Below, one piece after another: positions 18,518 through 27,042 of a DNA stretch of 64,000 nucleotides. The notes beneath the pieces were generated by a model, which did not search any database, was not told where the DNA came from, and saw nothing but the letters and a program-made list of their open reading frames with translations. Every line of letters starts with the position of its first letter. The stretch's first letter is position 1. Source of the DNA: Deltaproteobacteria bacterium (GTDB lineage: Bacteria > UBA10199 > JACPAL01 > GCA-016699445); assembly GCA_016699445.1 (NCBI GenBank), contig CP064976.1, positions 2,222,619 through 2,286,618 of the forward strand, given 5' to 3'. Position numbers and translations under genes: made by a program.

Positions 18518-19352
18518 CGTGCGGGTTTACAGCATGATCATGTAAATCATTCAAGAATGGAAGAAGGCCGGTTTCCACAGAGAGGTTGGGCATGATTGGT
18601 TGGCCACTAGAATTTTGACAAGTGATGGTGATGACTCCCGAAGTAAGACCACCATCCTGACTTAAAAAAGAAGCTTCAAATACTGCTTTGCCTAGAGGAC
18701 CTCTTTGATTCTGTTCAAATCCTGAAAAAATTAGTGCAGAAAGTGTGATGGTTGCTGGGGTTAAATCTCCAGCTGGGATGAGACCGGATCGTTGAGCTAA
18801 TTGATAGACGAGTGTTGGTATTTGCGCACTATGAGTCTCATTTCCAAAAAAAGCTTGTGCGATAGCCATCAAGTCGGGGTTAAATTTGATTCTAATACTG
18901 AGTTGTCCAGGAGAATCTGGACCAGGGCTGCTGGCGATTTCCGTTGTCACTCTGTATGAAATGGAAGCGCCTACACCTAAAATCAGTGTATCCGTGAATG
19001 AAAAAAGCGTTCCAGCATTTGCTTGATTTGGATCTAAACTCTTCCTGATCAATGAGATCTGTTTGTCACTGTCTTGATGGAGATAATTTATTTTTGAGAT
19101 TCCACCAGCGGTAGATGTGTTCTCTGACCAACCTGCGGGCACTGGAGGTCTTGGTTCTTCGTGAGAGCGGGCGAGTTGATGGTAAATAAATGGAAGGAGC
19201 ACATGTAAAGGATATTCTGTTTCCATTTTTTTATACATACTTGCAACGATGCCATCTGTATGTGCCGATAACGGAGGAAGGTTTAATCCTGTTGTAGGTT
19301 CGTAAGAAGCAGTGTTTAAAAAGCTTGTGACATATGGGGTTATTGTTGCCAT
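18507..19352 (-). CDS. Hypothetical protein, 281 aa; polar uncharged N-terminus
   Basis: ORF with N-terminus MATITPYVTSFLNTASYEPTTG; overlaps the start of the downstream oxidoreductase by 11 nt. Confidence 0.5.
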   Translation of the reverse strand: MATITPYVTSFLNTASYEPTTGLNLPPLSAHTDGIVASMYKKMETEYPLHVLLPFIYHQLARSHEEPRPPVPAGWSENTSTAGGISKINYLHQDSDKQISLIRKSLDPNQANAGTLFSFTDTLILGVGASISYRVTTEIASSPGPDSPGQLSIRIKFNPDLMAIAQAFFGNETHSAQIPTLVYQLAQRSGLIPAGDLTPATITLSALIFSGFEQNQRGPLGKAVFEASFLSQDGGLTSGVITITCQNSSGQPIMPNLSVETGLLPFLNDLHDHAVNPHGEY

Positions 19353-19470
19353 TATTTTCTCCTTAAACCTTATCGCACTGACATTGAAAAAGTTTCGTCT
19401 TTATTTATTTCATCTTTATATATTTCTTCTTGCCGAACTCTTGATTCAAGGGAATGAGTAGCCACTCATT

Positions 19471-20484
19471 ATGAAGAGAATTGATTCTAAACAGGCTCTA
19501 AATATTTGGGAAAGTGATTGGACGTCACTTCGATCTCAATCTCATGAAGCGCGTTGTGAACATTATCCTGATGGGCAGGCGAGCTATGTTGTCATGCGGA
19601 TTGTGAGCTATACCAATGTTTGTGTGGCGGATTGTTCTTATTGCGCCTTCTACCGTCGACCCAATGACGATGGGGCTTATGTCCTTTCGAAGGAAGATAT
19701 TTTTTCTAAAATTGACGGACTTCTAGCTGTTGGTGGGTCGGTGGTGGCTATGGAAGGGGGATTTAATCCCAAGCTTAAGATTGAACATTACGAAGATCTT
19801 TTTGCGTCCGTGCGTAAGCGCTATGGAGATAAGATTGAGATTTATGGGTCTACGATTGTCGAAGTGATTTTCATTGCGAAGAGTTCGCGTATTTCACTGG
19901 AAGAAGCTCTCATCCGTCTCAAAGAAGCTGGATTGCGTTGGATTCCGGGTGGTGGTGCTGAAATTTTAACCGATGCCTGGCGCGCAAAGCTTTCTCCTAA
20001 AAAATATTCGGTGAAAGATTATATTGAAGGCATGCGAGTGGCACAAAAACTTGGACTCGGTACCACAGCGACGATGGTGATTGGTTTTGGTGAAACAGTT
20101 GCCGACCGTATTGAGCATCTCGAACATATCCGTCGTCTTCAAGATGAGACAGGTGGTTTTGCGAGTTTTCTTTTGTGGACCTACCAACCCCTCAACACTC
20201 CCATGGGAGGCTCTCTCACCAGCAATGACGACTATCTTCGCTCAGTCGCCTTAAGCCGTTTGTATTTGGATAACATCCCTGTGATTCGTGCGTCTTTTCT
20301 CACTCAATACGACAAAGGCCCCGAAGCTCTCACTGCCGGTGCTCATGATTTTGATATCCCTCTAGAAGACCAAGTCACCCAACTGGCCGGCGCCAAGATT
20401 GAAGAAAATGTCGATCGTGTGTTGGAGTGGGTAAAGAAGTCTGGGATAACCCCTCAGAAAAGGCTCCCATTTTCTTTGAAATGA
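19471..20484 (+). CDS. Radical SAM menaquinone biosynthesis enzyme, MqnC/MqnE family (futalosine pathway)
   Basis: 337 aa; CxxxCxxC cluster motif in SYTNVCVADCSYCAF. Confidence 0.8.
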   Translation: MKRIDSKQALNIWESDWTSLRSQSHEARCEHYPDGQASYVVMRIVSYTNVCVADCSYCAFYRRPNDDGAYVLSKEDIFSKIDGLLAVGGSVVAMEGGFNPKLKIEHYEDLFASVRKRYGDKIEIYGSTIVEVIFIAKSSRISLEEALIRLKEAGLRWIPGGGAEILTDAWRAKLSPKKYSVKDYIEGMRVAQKLGLGTTATMVIGFGETVADRIEHLEHIRRLQDETGGFASFLLWTYQPLNTPMGGSLTSNDDYLRSVALSRLYLDNIPVIRASFLTQYDKGPEALTAGAHDFDIPLEDQVTQLAGAKIEENVDRVLEWVKKSGITPQKRLPFSLK

Positions 20485-20537
20485 TAAATTCCTATTGGAA
20501 TAAAATATTCTAATAGGAATATTTTATTGTAGATTGG

Positions 20538-20615
20538 CTGTCATCGCGAGCGAAGCGTGGCGATCTCCCGATATTAAGTGTGAGATCGCCACGCCCTTCA
20601 GGCTCGCGATGACAG
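20538..20615. repeat. Hairpin repeat, family B copy 1 (long imperfect inverted repeat)
   Basis: CTGTCATCGCGAGCGAAGCGTGGCGATCTC ... GAGATCGCCACGCCCTTCAGGCTCGCGATGACAG; related copy at 44448-44526; lies 3' of the MqnC/E gene. Confidence 0.75.
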
Positions 20616-20618
20616 GCA

Positions 20619-21438
20619 ATGTTTCCCTATATAAATATGAATCTTCATTGTTTAAAAATTAAAAGCCAAACCGCCCCTCATAAAACCTTCTTTTTCCTCC
20701 ACGGTATTATGGGACGTGGGAGAAATTGGCAGCGCTTTGCGACAGAGCTAGTTCAGCGAAAACCAGATATCGAAGCGGTATTGGTCGATTTGCGTTTGCA
20801 TGGCGAGTCTCAAGGTTTTGATCCACCGCATACAGTACGAGCTTGTGGTGAAGATGTGGTAGGGGCAATTCATGAATTGCCCTTACAAAATGAAAAAAGT
20901 GATCGTTGGACATTCGTTCGGAGGGAAGGTGGCTCTGGAAGTTGCGCGACTCGCTCCTGATTTACTTTCAGCAATTTGGCTCATTGATTCATTTCCAGGT
21001 TTGTCTGCAAGGCATGGTGATGCTTGGAAAATGATTGAATGGCTTCAAAAAAATGAAGGTCCTTTTACAACACGGACAGAAGTGCTTAAAAAATTAAAAG
21101 AAGCGCAATTTCCCGAAGCCATCGCTGCGTGGATGGCGACCAATCTAGAACCCGAAGGAAAACTTTTAAAATGGATTTTCCCCGTGAAGGGCATCGCGAG
21201 TCTATTAGATGATTACGCCAAAACAGATTTGACCGACACACTCCTCAATCCACCATGTCCTATACATGTCGTGAAGGGGACAAAGTCGCCTTTGATTACG
21301 GATGATTTAATCCAGAAAATCCAACATTCAAAAACCAGATTTCCAATTTCCCTTCACTTCGTCGAAGCCGGACATTGGGTGCATTCTGAAAATCCGAAAG
21401 AATTGCTAAGAATAATGATGTCATCTTTTAAAGGATAA
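20619..21438 (+). pseudogene. Alpha/beta hydrolase, reading frame interrupted by a 28-bp palindromic insertion
   Basis: N-part FFFLHGIMGRGRNW..DLRLHGESQ (frame 0) and C-part KKVIVGHSFGGKVA.. (frame 1, GxSxG nucleophile); deleting 20859-20886 joins ..GEDV to KMKKVIVGHSFGG in frame. Confidence 0.65.
20859..20886. mobile_element. 28-bp palindromic insertion element, copy 1 (one mismatch)
   Basis: GTAGGGGCAATTCATGAATTGCCCTTAC; same element at 25885-25912; exact excision restores the hydrolase frame. Confidence 0.75.
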
Positions 21439-21621
21439 CATTTCTTCAAAATTACGAGGAGATGAGAGAATTTTTCCCTCGGGTGAGAAATATAAGTGAA
21501 TGGATTTAAAAGCACGATCGGGGCCAATAAATAACAGTCCTCGGTTATGTGTGGCAAAGTCTTTAGTAAGTCCTTAAGGAATTAACTTGAAATATACTCT
21601 ATTTATCCTACTATTAGGAGT

Positions 21622-21852
21622 ATGAAAGTTAAGACATCTATCACCCTTTCGGAAGATCTGTTAAGATCTATTGATGAACTGACGAAAGATTTCAAAAATC
21701 GATCCGATGTTATAGAGCAAGCTTTGAAGGAGTTTGTTCATAAAAAACTGAAAGAGATTAGAGACGAGAAGGATCGGCAAATTCTTAATAAAAAAGCACG
21801 TCAGCTCAATGAAGAAGCTTCCGATGTTTTAGGGTATCAGGCGGATTGGTAA
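21622..21852 (+). CDS. Ribbon-helix-helix (CopG-like) antitoxin
   Basis: 76 aa, N-terminal beta-strand/helix pattern [18 protein letters not shown]; immediately precedes a MazF/PemK-like toxin ORF. Confidence 0.6.
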   Translation: MKVKTSITLSEDLLRSIDELTKDFKNRSDVIEQALKEFVHKKLKEIRDEKDRQILNKKARQLNEEASDVLGYQADW

Positions 21853-22190
21853 GATGAAACGCGGCGAATTGTATCGAGTCTACAAACCTAACAAGAGAGA
21901 TCCAAAAGAGTTTCGTGTTTTTGCTATTGTCAGTCGTCAGGCTCTGATTGATTCTCAGTTTTCAACGGTCATTTGTGCCCCCTATTTATTCTCGCTATGA
22001 TGGTCTTTCAACCCAAATAGAAGTCGGCCCAGCCGAAGGGCTGAAGCATGAGAGTGCTGTGCATTGTGATGAGCTTGTTAGCCTTCCTAAAAGTCAGCTG
22101 ACACATTTTGTAGGGATGCTTTCTTTGCAAAAAATAAGACAGTTAGGCCATTCCCTTAAGATAGCGATCGATGTCGAAGCCCCTCATTAA
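21853..22190 (+). pseudogene. MazF/PemK-family toxin, frame-disrupted at a C5 run (~21985)
   Basis: ATG 21853 gives [27 protein letters not shown].. then stop; frame +1 continues ..[29 protein letters not shown], which matches the MazF C-terminal pattern. Confidence 0.6.
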
Positions 22191-22219
22191 GTTCATCAAA
22201 ACTTCTTTTTGGTGAACTT

Positions 22220-23473
22220 TTACACTTTTTCTGTTTCTTTAAAAGGAATCCAAAAAAGTAATATCATCGATGGAATGCCAGCAAAAAAGCTTAAGATGAA
22301 AAGATTGGTGTAGCCGATTTTTTCAACGATGATGCCACTGAAGCCGCCGAAGAGAGTGGAGCCTAGGCTCATGATGGCGGTGCCGATTGCAAAATGGGCG
22401 GCTTTATAGCGTGTGTCACACAATCTCATGAGATAGACAGTTAAGGCTGCCGCGCCTAATCCGGCAGCGATGTTTTCGTAAGCATGAGTGAGGGCAATGT
22501 AGGTCATGCCTTGCAAGGTGTTGGGATCGGGATGGTAAATGGAGAGTAAAATATAAGCTGCGATGTTGATGTTCATGAGAATGGTCAGTGGCCAGATAGC
22601 TTTTTTTAAACCTTGTTTATGAATCCACCAGCCACCGAGCATGGTGCCAGCAATGGTTGAGAAGGCTCCAACAAAGCCACCTAACCAAGCGATTTGTGGT
22701 TTGCTCACACCCAGCTCTCTCATCAAAAATGGCGTATTCATGGCGAAGAGAATTTCGTCTCCTAATTTATAGGTGATGATGAATATAAGAATGAGAACGA
22801 TTTTGTGCTGCGCCAAATAAACACGAAAAGAATCAATAAAATCTTGTTTGATAGCCTCAAAGTTTTTTTGTCGAGGGTGCTCGTTTTTCTTCAAAATGGG
22901 GAGAAGTTTGGTGTGAAGTAAAAAGAAAAGACCCATCGTCACAGCTCCAACAGAAAATCCCCAAAACCAATTGGCTACACCGGCAATAGCCACCAAGATA
23001 GTGCGTGTGTAAATCACTGCTCCACGATAGGCTAAAGTGCGTAAGCCTGAGTAGGCCGCTTGTTCGGATTTGTCTGGTAATCCTTCCAAATAAAAAGCAT
23101 CGATGGCGATGTCGTTGGTCGCTGCCAGAAAAGCCATTCCTATAAAAAGAAACGCGATGATTTGAAGTAAATGAGGTGAAGAATTTTTATCCGCAAATCC
23201 TGCTAAAAAAGAAATACTAAGAATAATCAGCGTAATAAAAAGCTGCATGCGCAACAGCCATTGGCGTTTCGTAGAAAAAATATCCAAGAAAGGTGCCCAG
23301 AAAAATTTAAGATTCCAAGGAATCCCTAAAAAATTCAGGAAGCCGAGGAAGGATTCACGCACGCCCATATCGGTAAAAAACACAGACGAAAGCACGCGTG
23401 TGATCATGTAAGGAAGACCTTCAGTAAAATAGGTAGAGGCAATCCAGAGCGACGTTCGCGATTTTTTGGTCAT
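22220..23473 (-). CDS. MFS-type permease, AmpG/PAT-like family
   Basis: 417 aa, ~12 predicted hydrophobic helices; N-terminal WIASTYFTEGLPYMI resembles AmpG signature. Confidence 0.6.
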   Translation of the reverse strand: MTKKSRTSLWIASTYFTEGLPYMITRVLSSVFFTDMGVRESFLGFLNFLGIPWNLKFFWAPFLDIFSTKRQWLLRMQLFITLIILSISFLAGFADKNSSPHLLQIIAFLFIGMAFLAATNDIAIDAFYLEGLPDKSEQAAYSGLRTLAYRGAVIYTRTILVAIAGVANWFWGFSVGAVTMGLFFLLHTKLLPILKKNEHPRQKNFEAIKQDFIDSFRVYLAQHKIVLILIFIITYKLGDEILFAMNTPFLMRELGVSKPQIAWLGGFVGAFSTIAGTMLGGWWIHKQGLKKAIWPLTILMNINIAAYILLSIYHPDPNTLQGMTYIALTHAYENIAAGLGAAALTVYLMRLCDTRYKAAHFAIGTAIMSLGSTLFGGFSGIIVEKIGYTNLFILSFFAGIPSMILLFWIPFKETEKV

Positions 23474-23573
23474 TTTTTAGATAATTACTATTTTACAGCG
23501 TATCTGGCTAGTGATGAATGATTGTTATGAAACAAAAGTTTGACTCATCATATGAGTCATTTATACTCATCAT

Positions 23574-23819
23574 ATGAGTCAACGATTACAAGTATTGCTT
23601 CCAGCTCAGGAATATAAGCAGTTTCGGAAAGTCTCTAAAGAACAAGGGTTAAGTTTGGGGGAATGGGTGAGAGTGACCTTAAGACAGGCTGTATCTCGTT
23701 TATCTTCCCAACCTGCTGATAAAAAACTAGAAGCTATCCGCAAGGCCAGTCGATTTTCTTATCCTTCCGGAGATATTGATCAAATGTTATCAGAAATTGA
23801 AAAAGGTTATCTCTCTTGA
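23574..23819 (+). CDS. Ribbon-helix-helix antitoxin (VapB-like)
   Basis: 81 aa; precedes and overlaps a PIN-domain ORF by 4 nt. Confidence 0.6.
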   Translation: MSQRLQVLLPAQEYKQFRKVSKEQGLSLGEWVRVTLRQAVSRLSSQPADKKLEAIRKASRFSYPSGDIDQMLSEIEKGYLS

Positions 23820-24198
23820 TTTTCATCGATTCGAATATCCCCATGTATCTTGTAGGTCAGGACCACCCCCATAAAACAGAGTGTATCGTTTTGCTCGAAA
23901 AAATGATTGTTGAAAAAGCACGATTTGTGACCAGTACGGAAGTCCTTCAGGAAATATTGCATCGTTATACAGCCATTCATCGGAAAGAAGCTATTTCAGC
24001 AGCATTTGATTCTCTTTATGGGATCGTGGATGAAGTTTTTGAGGTGACAGAAGCTGATGTGTTGGAAGCCAAGGATTTATTGCTGACAAACGAATAGATC
24101 TCCGCTCGCGATGCCTTGCATGGAAGTCTTATGAAGCGCCTCAAAATAAAGAAAATTTTCTCGTTTGATAAGGGTTTTGATGCTCTGCCATTTATCAA
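23816..24198 (+). pseudogene. VapC PIN-domain toxin with in-frame TAG (24095-24097)
   Basis: MIFIDSNIPMYL.. PIN N-terminus; after the TAG the same frame continues ISARDALHGSL...FDKGFDALPF, the PIN C-terminal motif region. Confidence 0.55.
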
Positions 24199-24258
24199 AA
24201 GAATTTCTTCTATAAAATGTTCATAAACGCACTTGAAAGTGTTTTGCTGGAAAATTTT

Positions 24259-24651
24259 TTATTTAGGGCCAATGATTTTAGCATCTGTCTTTTTGAAATC
24301 ACTGTCTAAGGTAAGAATCGGGCAACGCTCTTCCATGGCTAAGGCATAGGCAAAACAGTCACCTAAATTGATGGGGTAAGTCAGGCGGGCTTTAGCTGCT
24401 GTAACTGATTGATTTGTTGAAGGGGGTATAAATTGGATACCTGATGAAAGGATTTCGTCTTTAATTTTGGAGAAGAGTTTGGGCTGCTTGTCCTGAAGAA
24501 GAATGAGGGTTTCAGTGAGGTTGACGGTGCTCATCAGAAGCTCATGTCGATGAGCTTCTAGCTGATCTTCAACCCAGACGGCATGAGTTTCATTTAAAAA
24601 AAGAGCTAAGAGAGCTGAAGTATCAATGACCATATTATTTCCAAAGGTCAT
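24259..24651 (-). CDS. VapC PIN-domain toxin
   Basis: VIDTSALLALF.. and C-terminal LTLDSDFKK PIN motifs; overlaps upstream antitoxin. Confidence 0.75.
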   Translation of the reverse strand: MTFGNNMVIDTSALLALFLNETHAVWVEDQLEAHRHELLMSTVNLTETLILLQDKQPKLFSKIKDEILSSGIQFIPPSTNQSVTAAKARLTYPINLGDCFAYALAMEERCPILTLDSDFKKTDAKIIGPK

Positions 24652-24868
24652 CTTGAGACTTAAATTTTGTTTTTAGATTGAGATGCTGTTGTAAGGCCAA
24701 ACCTCTCCAAGTTCTGAAATCAGTATGCCTTGAGCGATTGATCATTTCTACGGCATCATGAATAGCTTTCCGAACAGCTTCTGACTTTTGAGTGACTCCA
24801 CATTTTTTCATGTAAGTTTTGAGATCTTTTTCAAACTCGGGAGTCATGTTAATGTTTAGTTGTTGCAT
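24635..24868 (-). CDS. VapB-type antitoxin
   Basis: 77 aa small ORF upstream of and overlapping the VapC gene. Confidence 0.55.
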   Translation of the reverse strand: MQQLNINMTPEFEKDLKTYMKKCGVTQKSEAVRKAIHDAVEMINRSRHTDFRTWRGLALQQHLNLKTKFKSQDDLWK

Positions 24869-24926
24869 ATAGCCTTAAATATAGGCCAGATATAGGTTGT
24901 TTTCAACAATAAAACTGCCTGATCTA

Positions 24927-26215
24927 TTACAACACATCCATAAACGCACTCACCGAAAAGACGGCCTTGCCTAATCCTGCTTCTCCATAACCGGGTGGGA
25001 TGGGGAGTTTGTATTTGTAAAAAGTCTCTCGATACACTTGGAGGAGGCGTAAGTAATAATCCAGAGGTGGCGGGCCTTCGTTGGTTTTGGCCAATGTGGT
25101 GTTCGGTTCGACACACCACACGGTGAAGCGGGGGCAGATGGATTGTGACATGAAAAAATCTAAACCCTCTTGCGTAGATCGAATCGCAGCTTCGATATCC
25201 GTGAAGCCAAAAGGTTTGGCCATCTCGATGCCGGCAACAAAATTAGGAATGACTTTTTCAGGGCCGAAAATTTTGGCTCCAGCCAGAATGCGGCGGATCC
25301 ATTCTTTTGACCGACATAGCGTGTTTTACCAGGACAGACGTGGTTAAAAATCTTTTCATCCCAGACTTCATAATTCGGGTGATAAATTTGATAGCCGGAA
25401 TCTTTTAAAATTTTAATTTCGTCATCAGGCAATCCTTGCACCACAGCCTTGCCAATCCAACGCCCGGGAAATTTTGCCTCGATGGCTTGAGCATATTGAG
25501 CGTAAAACTGTGCCTCGTTCATGCCACCCAGTTGTGAAGTGATACTGCCTCCGGTGACGGTATAAGCATGGCTCAGTTTTTGAGGATCATGTTTTTCAAT
25601 AATCTGCAGGGCTTCGATGACTTCATCTAAAGATTTGATTCCTGTATAAGAACGACCTTCGGCCTTTTGTTGGCGGTAGTTGTGGTTGATGTCGCAAAAC
25701 GCACATTCTTCTTCGGCTCCAAAATACTGACAGAGACGGAAGGCGGTAATGTAAATCAAATATCCCCACTCAATCGTGGGTGTGATATCGCTGACAGGTT
25801 TTCCATTAGCGAGGGGTTGTGCGTAATAATCCGGAAATGATGGGAGAAGAATGTCGCAGATTTTTTCGTCGTGAAAAAATAATTGTAGGGGCAATTCATG
25901 AATTGCCCCTACGGTGATTCGATACGGCGATTCCGGATTCACACGTACAGAAACTATCGTACGTTTAAAATCAAAAGGTCCTCCAATGAGGGCAATTTCT
26001 TCAGGTGCTGATTTTTTTTCTAGTTGTGAAAGATCTTTTTGAGCGGTGCGATCAAAGGAAAAAATAAAATAGGATTTTGGTTTGGCAGCTTTGCAGGCTT
26101 CCAAGGCTTCATTTGAAAATGAAATACCTAAACGTAGTAGATCTGTTTTGATGATCGCTTCAAATGGAATATCGCAGTATGTCTCCTTCAATATTAAAAA
26201 ATCTTCAGGCTTCAT
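24927..26215 (-). CDS. Hypothetical protein with Cys cluster (CX8CX2C) and TGG motif, possibly radical-SAM-like; contains the 28-bp palindrome in frame and a frame change near 25310
   Basis: ORF 25160..26215 reads through the palindrome (..ITVGAIHELPLQLFF..); C-terminal continuation in the frame of ORF 24927..25223 (..RRILAGAKIFGPEKVIPNFVAGIEMAKPFGFTDIEAAIRS..). Confidence 0.4.
25885..25912. mobile_element. 28-bp palindromic insertion element, copy 2 (perfect palindrome)
   Basis: GTAGGGGCAATTCATGAATTGCCCCTAC; encodes VGAIHELPL in the host ORF, the same peptide as copy 1. Confidence 0.75.
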
Positions 26216-26952
26216 GATTTCAAAAGCTCCGCCTTAAAAATATAGTCTTTAAAAAGTGCGATCGCTTTTGTTTCTTCAGTTCCCAAAAAATAATTCAGAT
26301 TTTCAAGGTAGCTTTTGATTACTTCAAACGGAAGTGATGTTTTATGCGGAATCACAGAAGCAATATTTTTTACTCCTTGATCACGAGCTTGTTGAAGTTC
26401 TTGAATAGCTTTATCACTGACTTCAGGATGTCGGCTCATCCACGCGGCAAAGACAAAAGGAAGACCTGTCCACGAAGTCCATTCTTCTCCTAAATCTAAA
26501 GCAGGATTGGTTGGCAATTCCAGCATAGCCTTGTCGCCGATCAAAAGTTTTCCTTCGACATGGCGTGGGGGAAGGGGATGGAAAAACTGAATATCATTAA
26601 GATCACGACCATATTTAAACTTTAACAAAACCTTAAGAAGAAGAGCTGATGTTTTCGACTCCATGTCGAGATAGATGGTTTTAACATTATGAACAGTCAC
26701 TTCAGGAGATGTGAAAAAAAGTTTTACACTTTTAACAGCACCTCGAGAGCCAATACAAACACCGGGAATCAAAGTATAATGAGGATTTTCAAAAAGAGTG
26801 ACGATCGGAGCTGTAGCAATATCGATTTCCCCAATTTTTAAAAGTCGAGCCAGAGCCGCGGGCACTTCGAGACGAGGCTTTTCATCAAGAGGAAGATAAT
26901 GAATCAGCGGCAATGAATTCCAATAAGGCACAGCGCCAAGGTGATAGAGCAT
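26212..26952 (-). CDS. mqnA: Chorismate dehydratase MqnA (futalosine pathway), MqnA/MqnD family
   Basis: 246 aa; N-terminal LGAVPYWNSLPLIHYL resembles the MqnA periplasmic-binding-like fold signature. Confidence 0.7.
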   Translation of the reverse strand: MLYHLGAVPYWNSLPLIHYLPLDEKPRLEVPAALARLLKIGEIDIATAPIVTLFENPHYTLIPGVCIGSRGAVKSVKLFFTSPEVTVHNVKTIYLDMESKTSALLLKVLLKFKYGRDLNDIQFFHPLPPRHVEGKLLIGDKAMLELPTNPALDLGEEWTSWTGLPFVFAAWMSRHPEVSDKAIQELQQARDQGVKNIASVIPHKTSLPFEVIKSYLENLNYFLGTEETKAIALFKDYIFKAELLKS

Positions 26953-27042
26953 GAGGACCCGTAAAAAAGAGTCGTTCTTGTGTCAACGCTTCAAAATTAA
27001 AAAAGTTGAATTTAAATTTAGACTCCGATTAATGGCGCCGCC

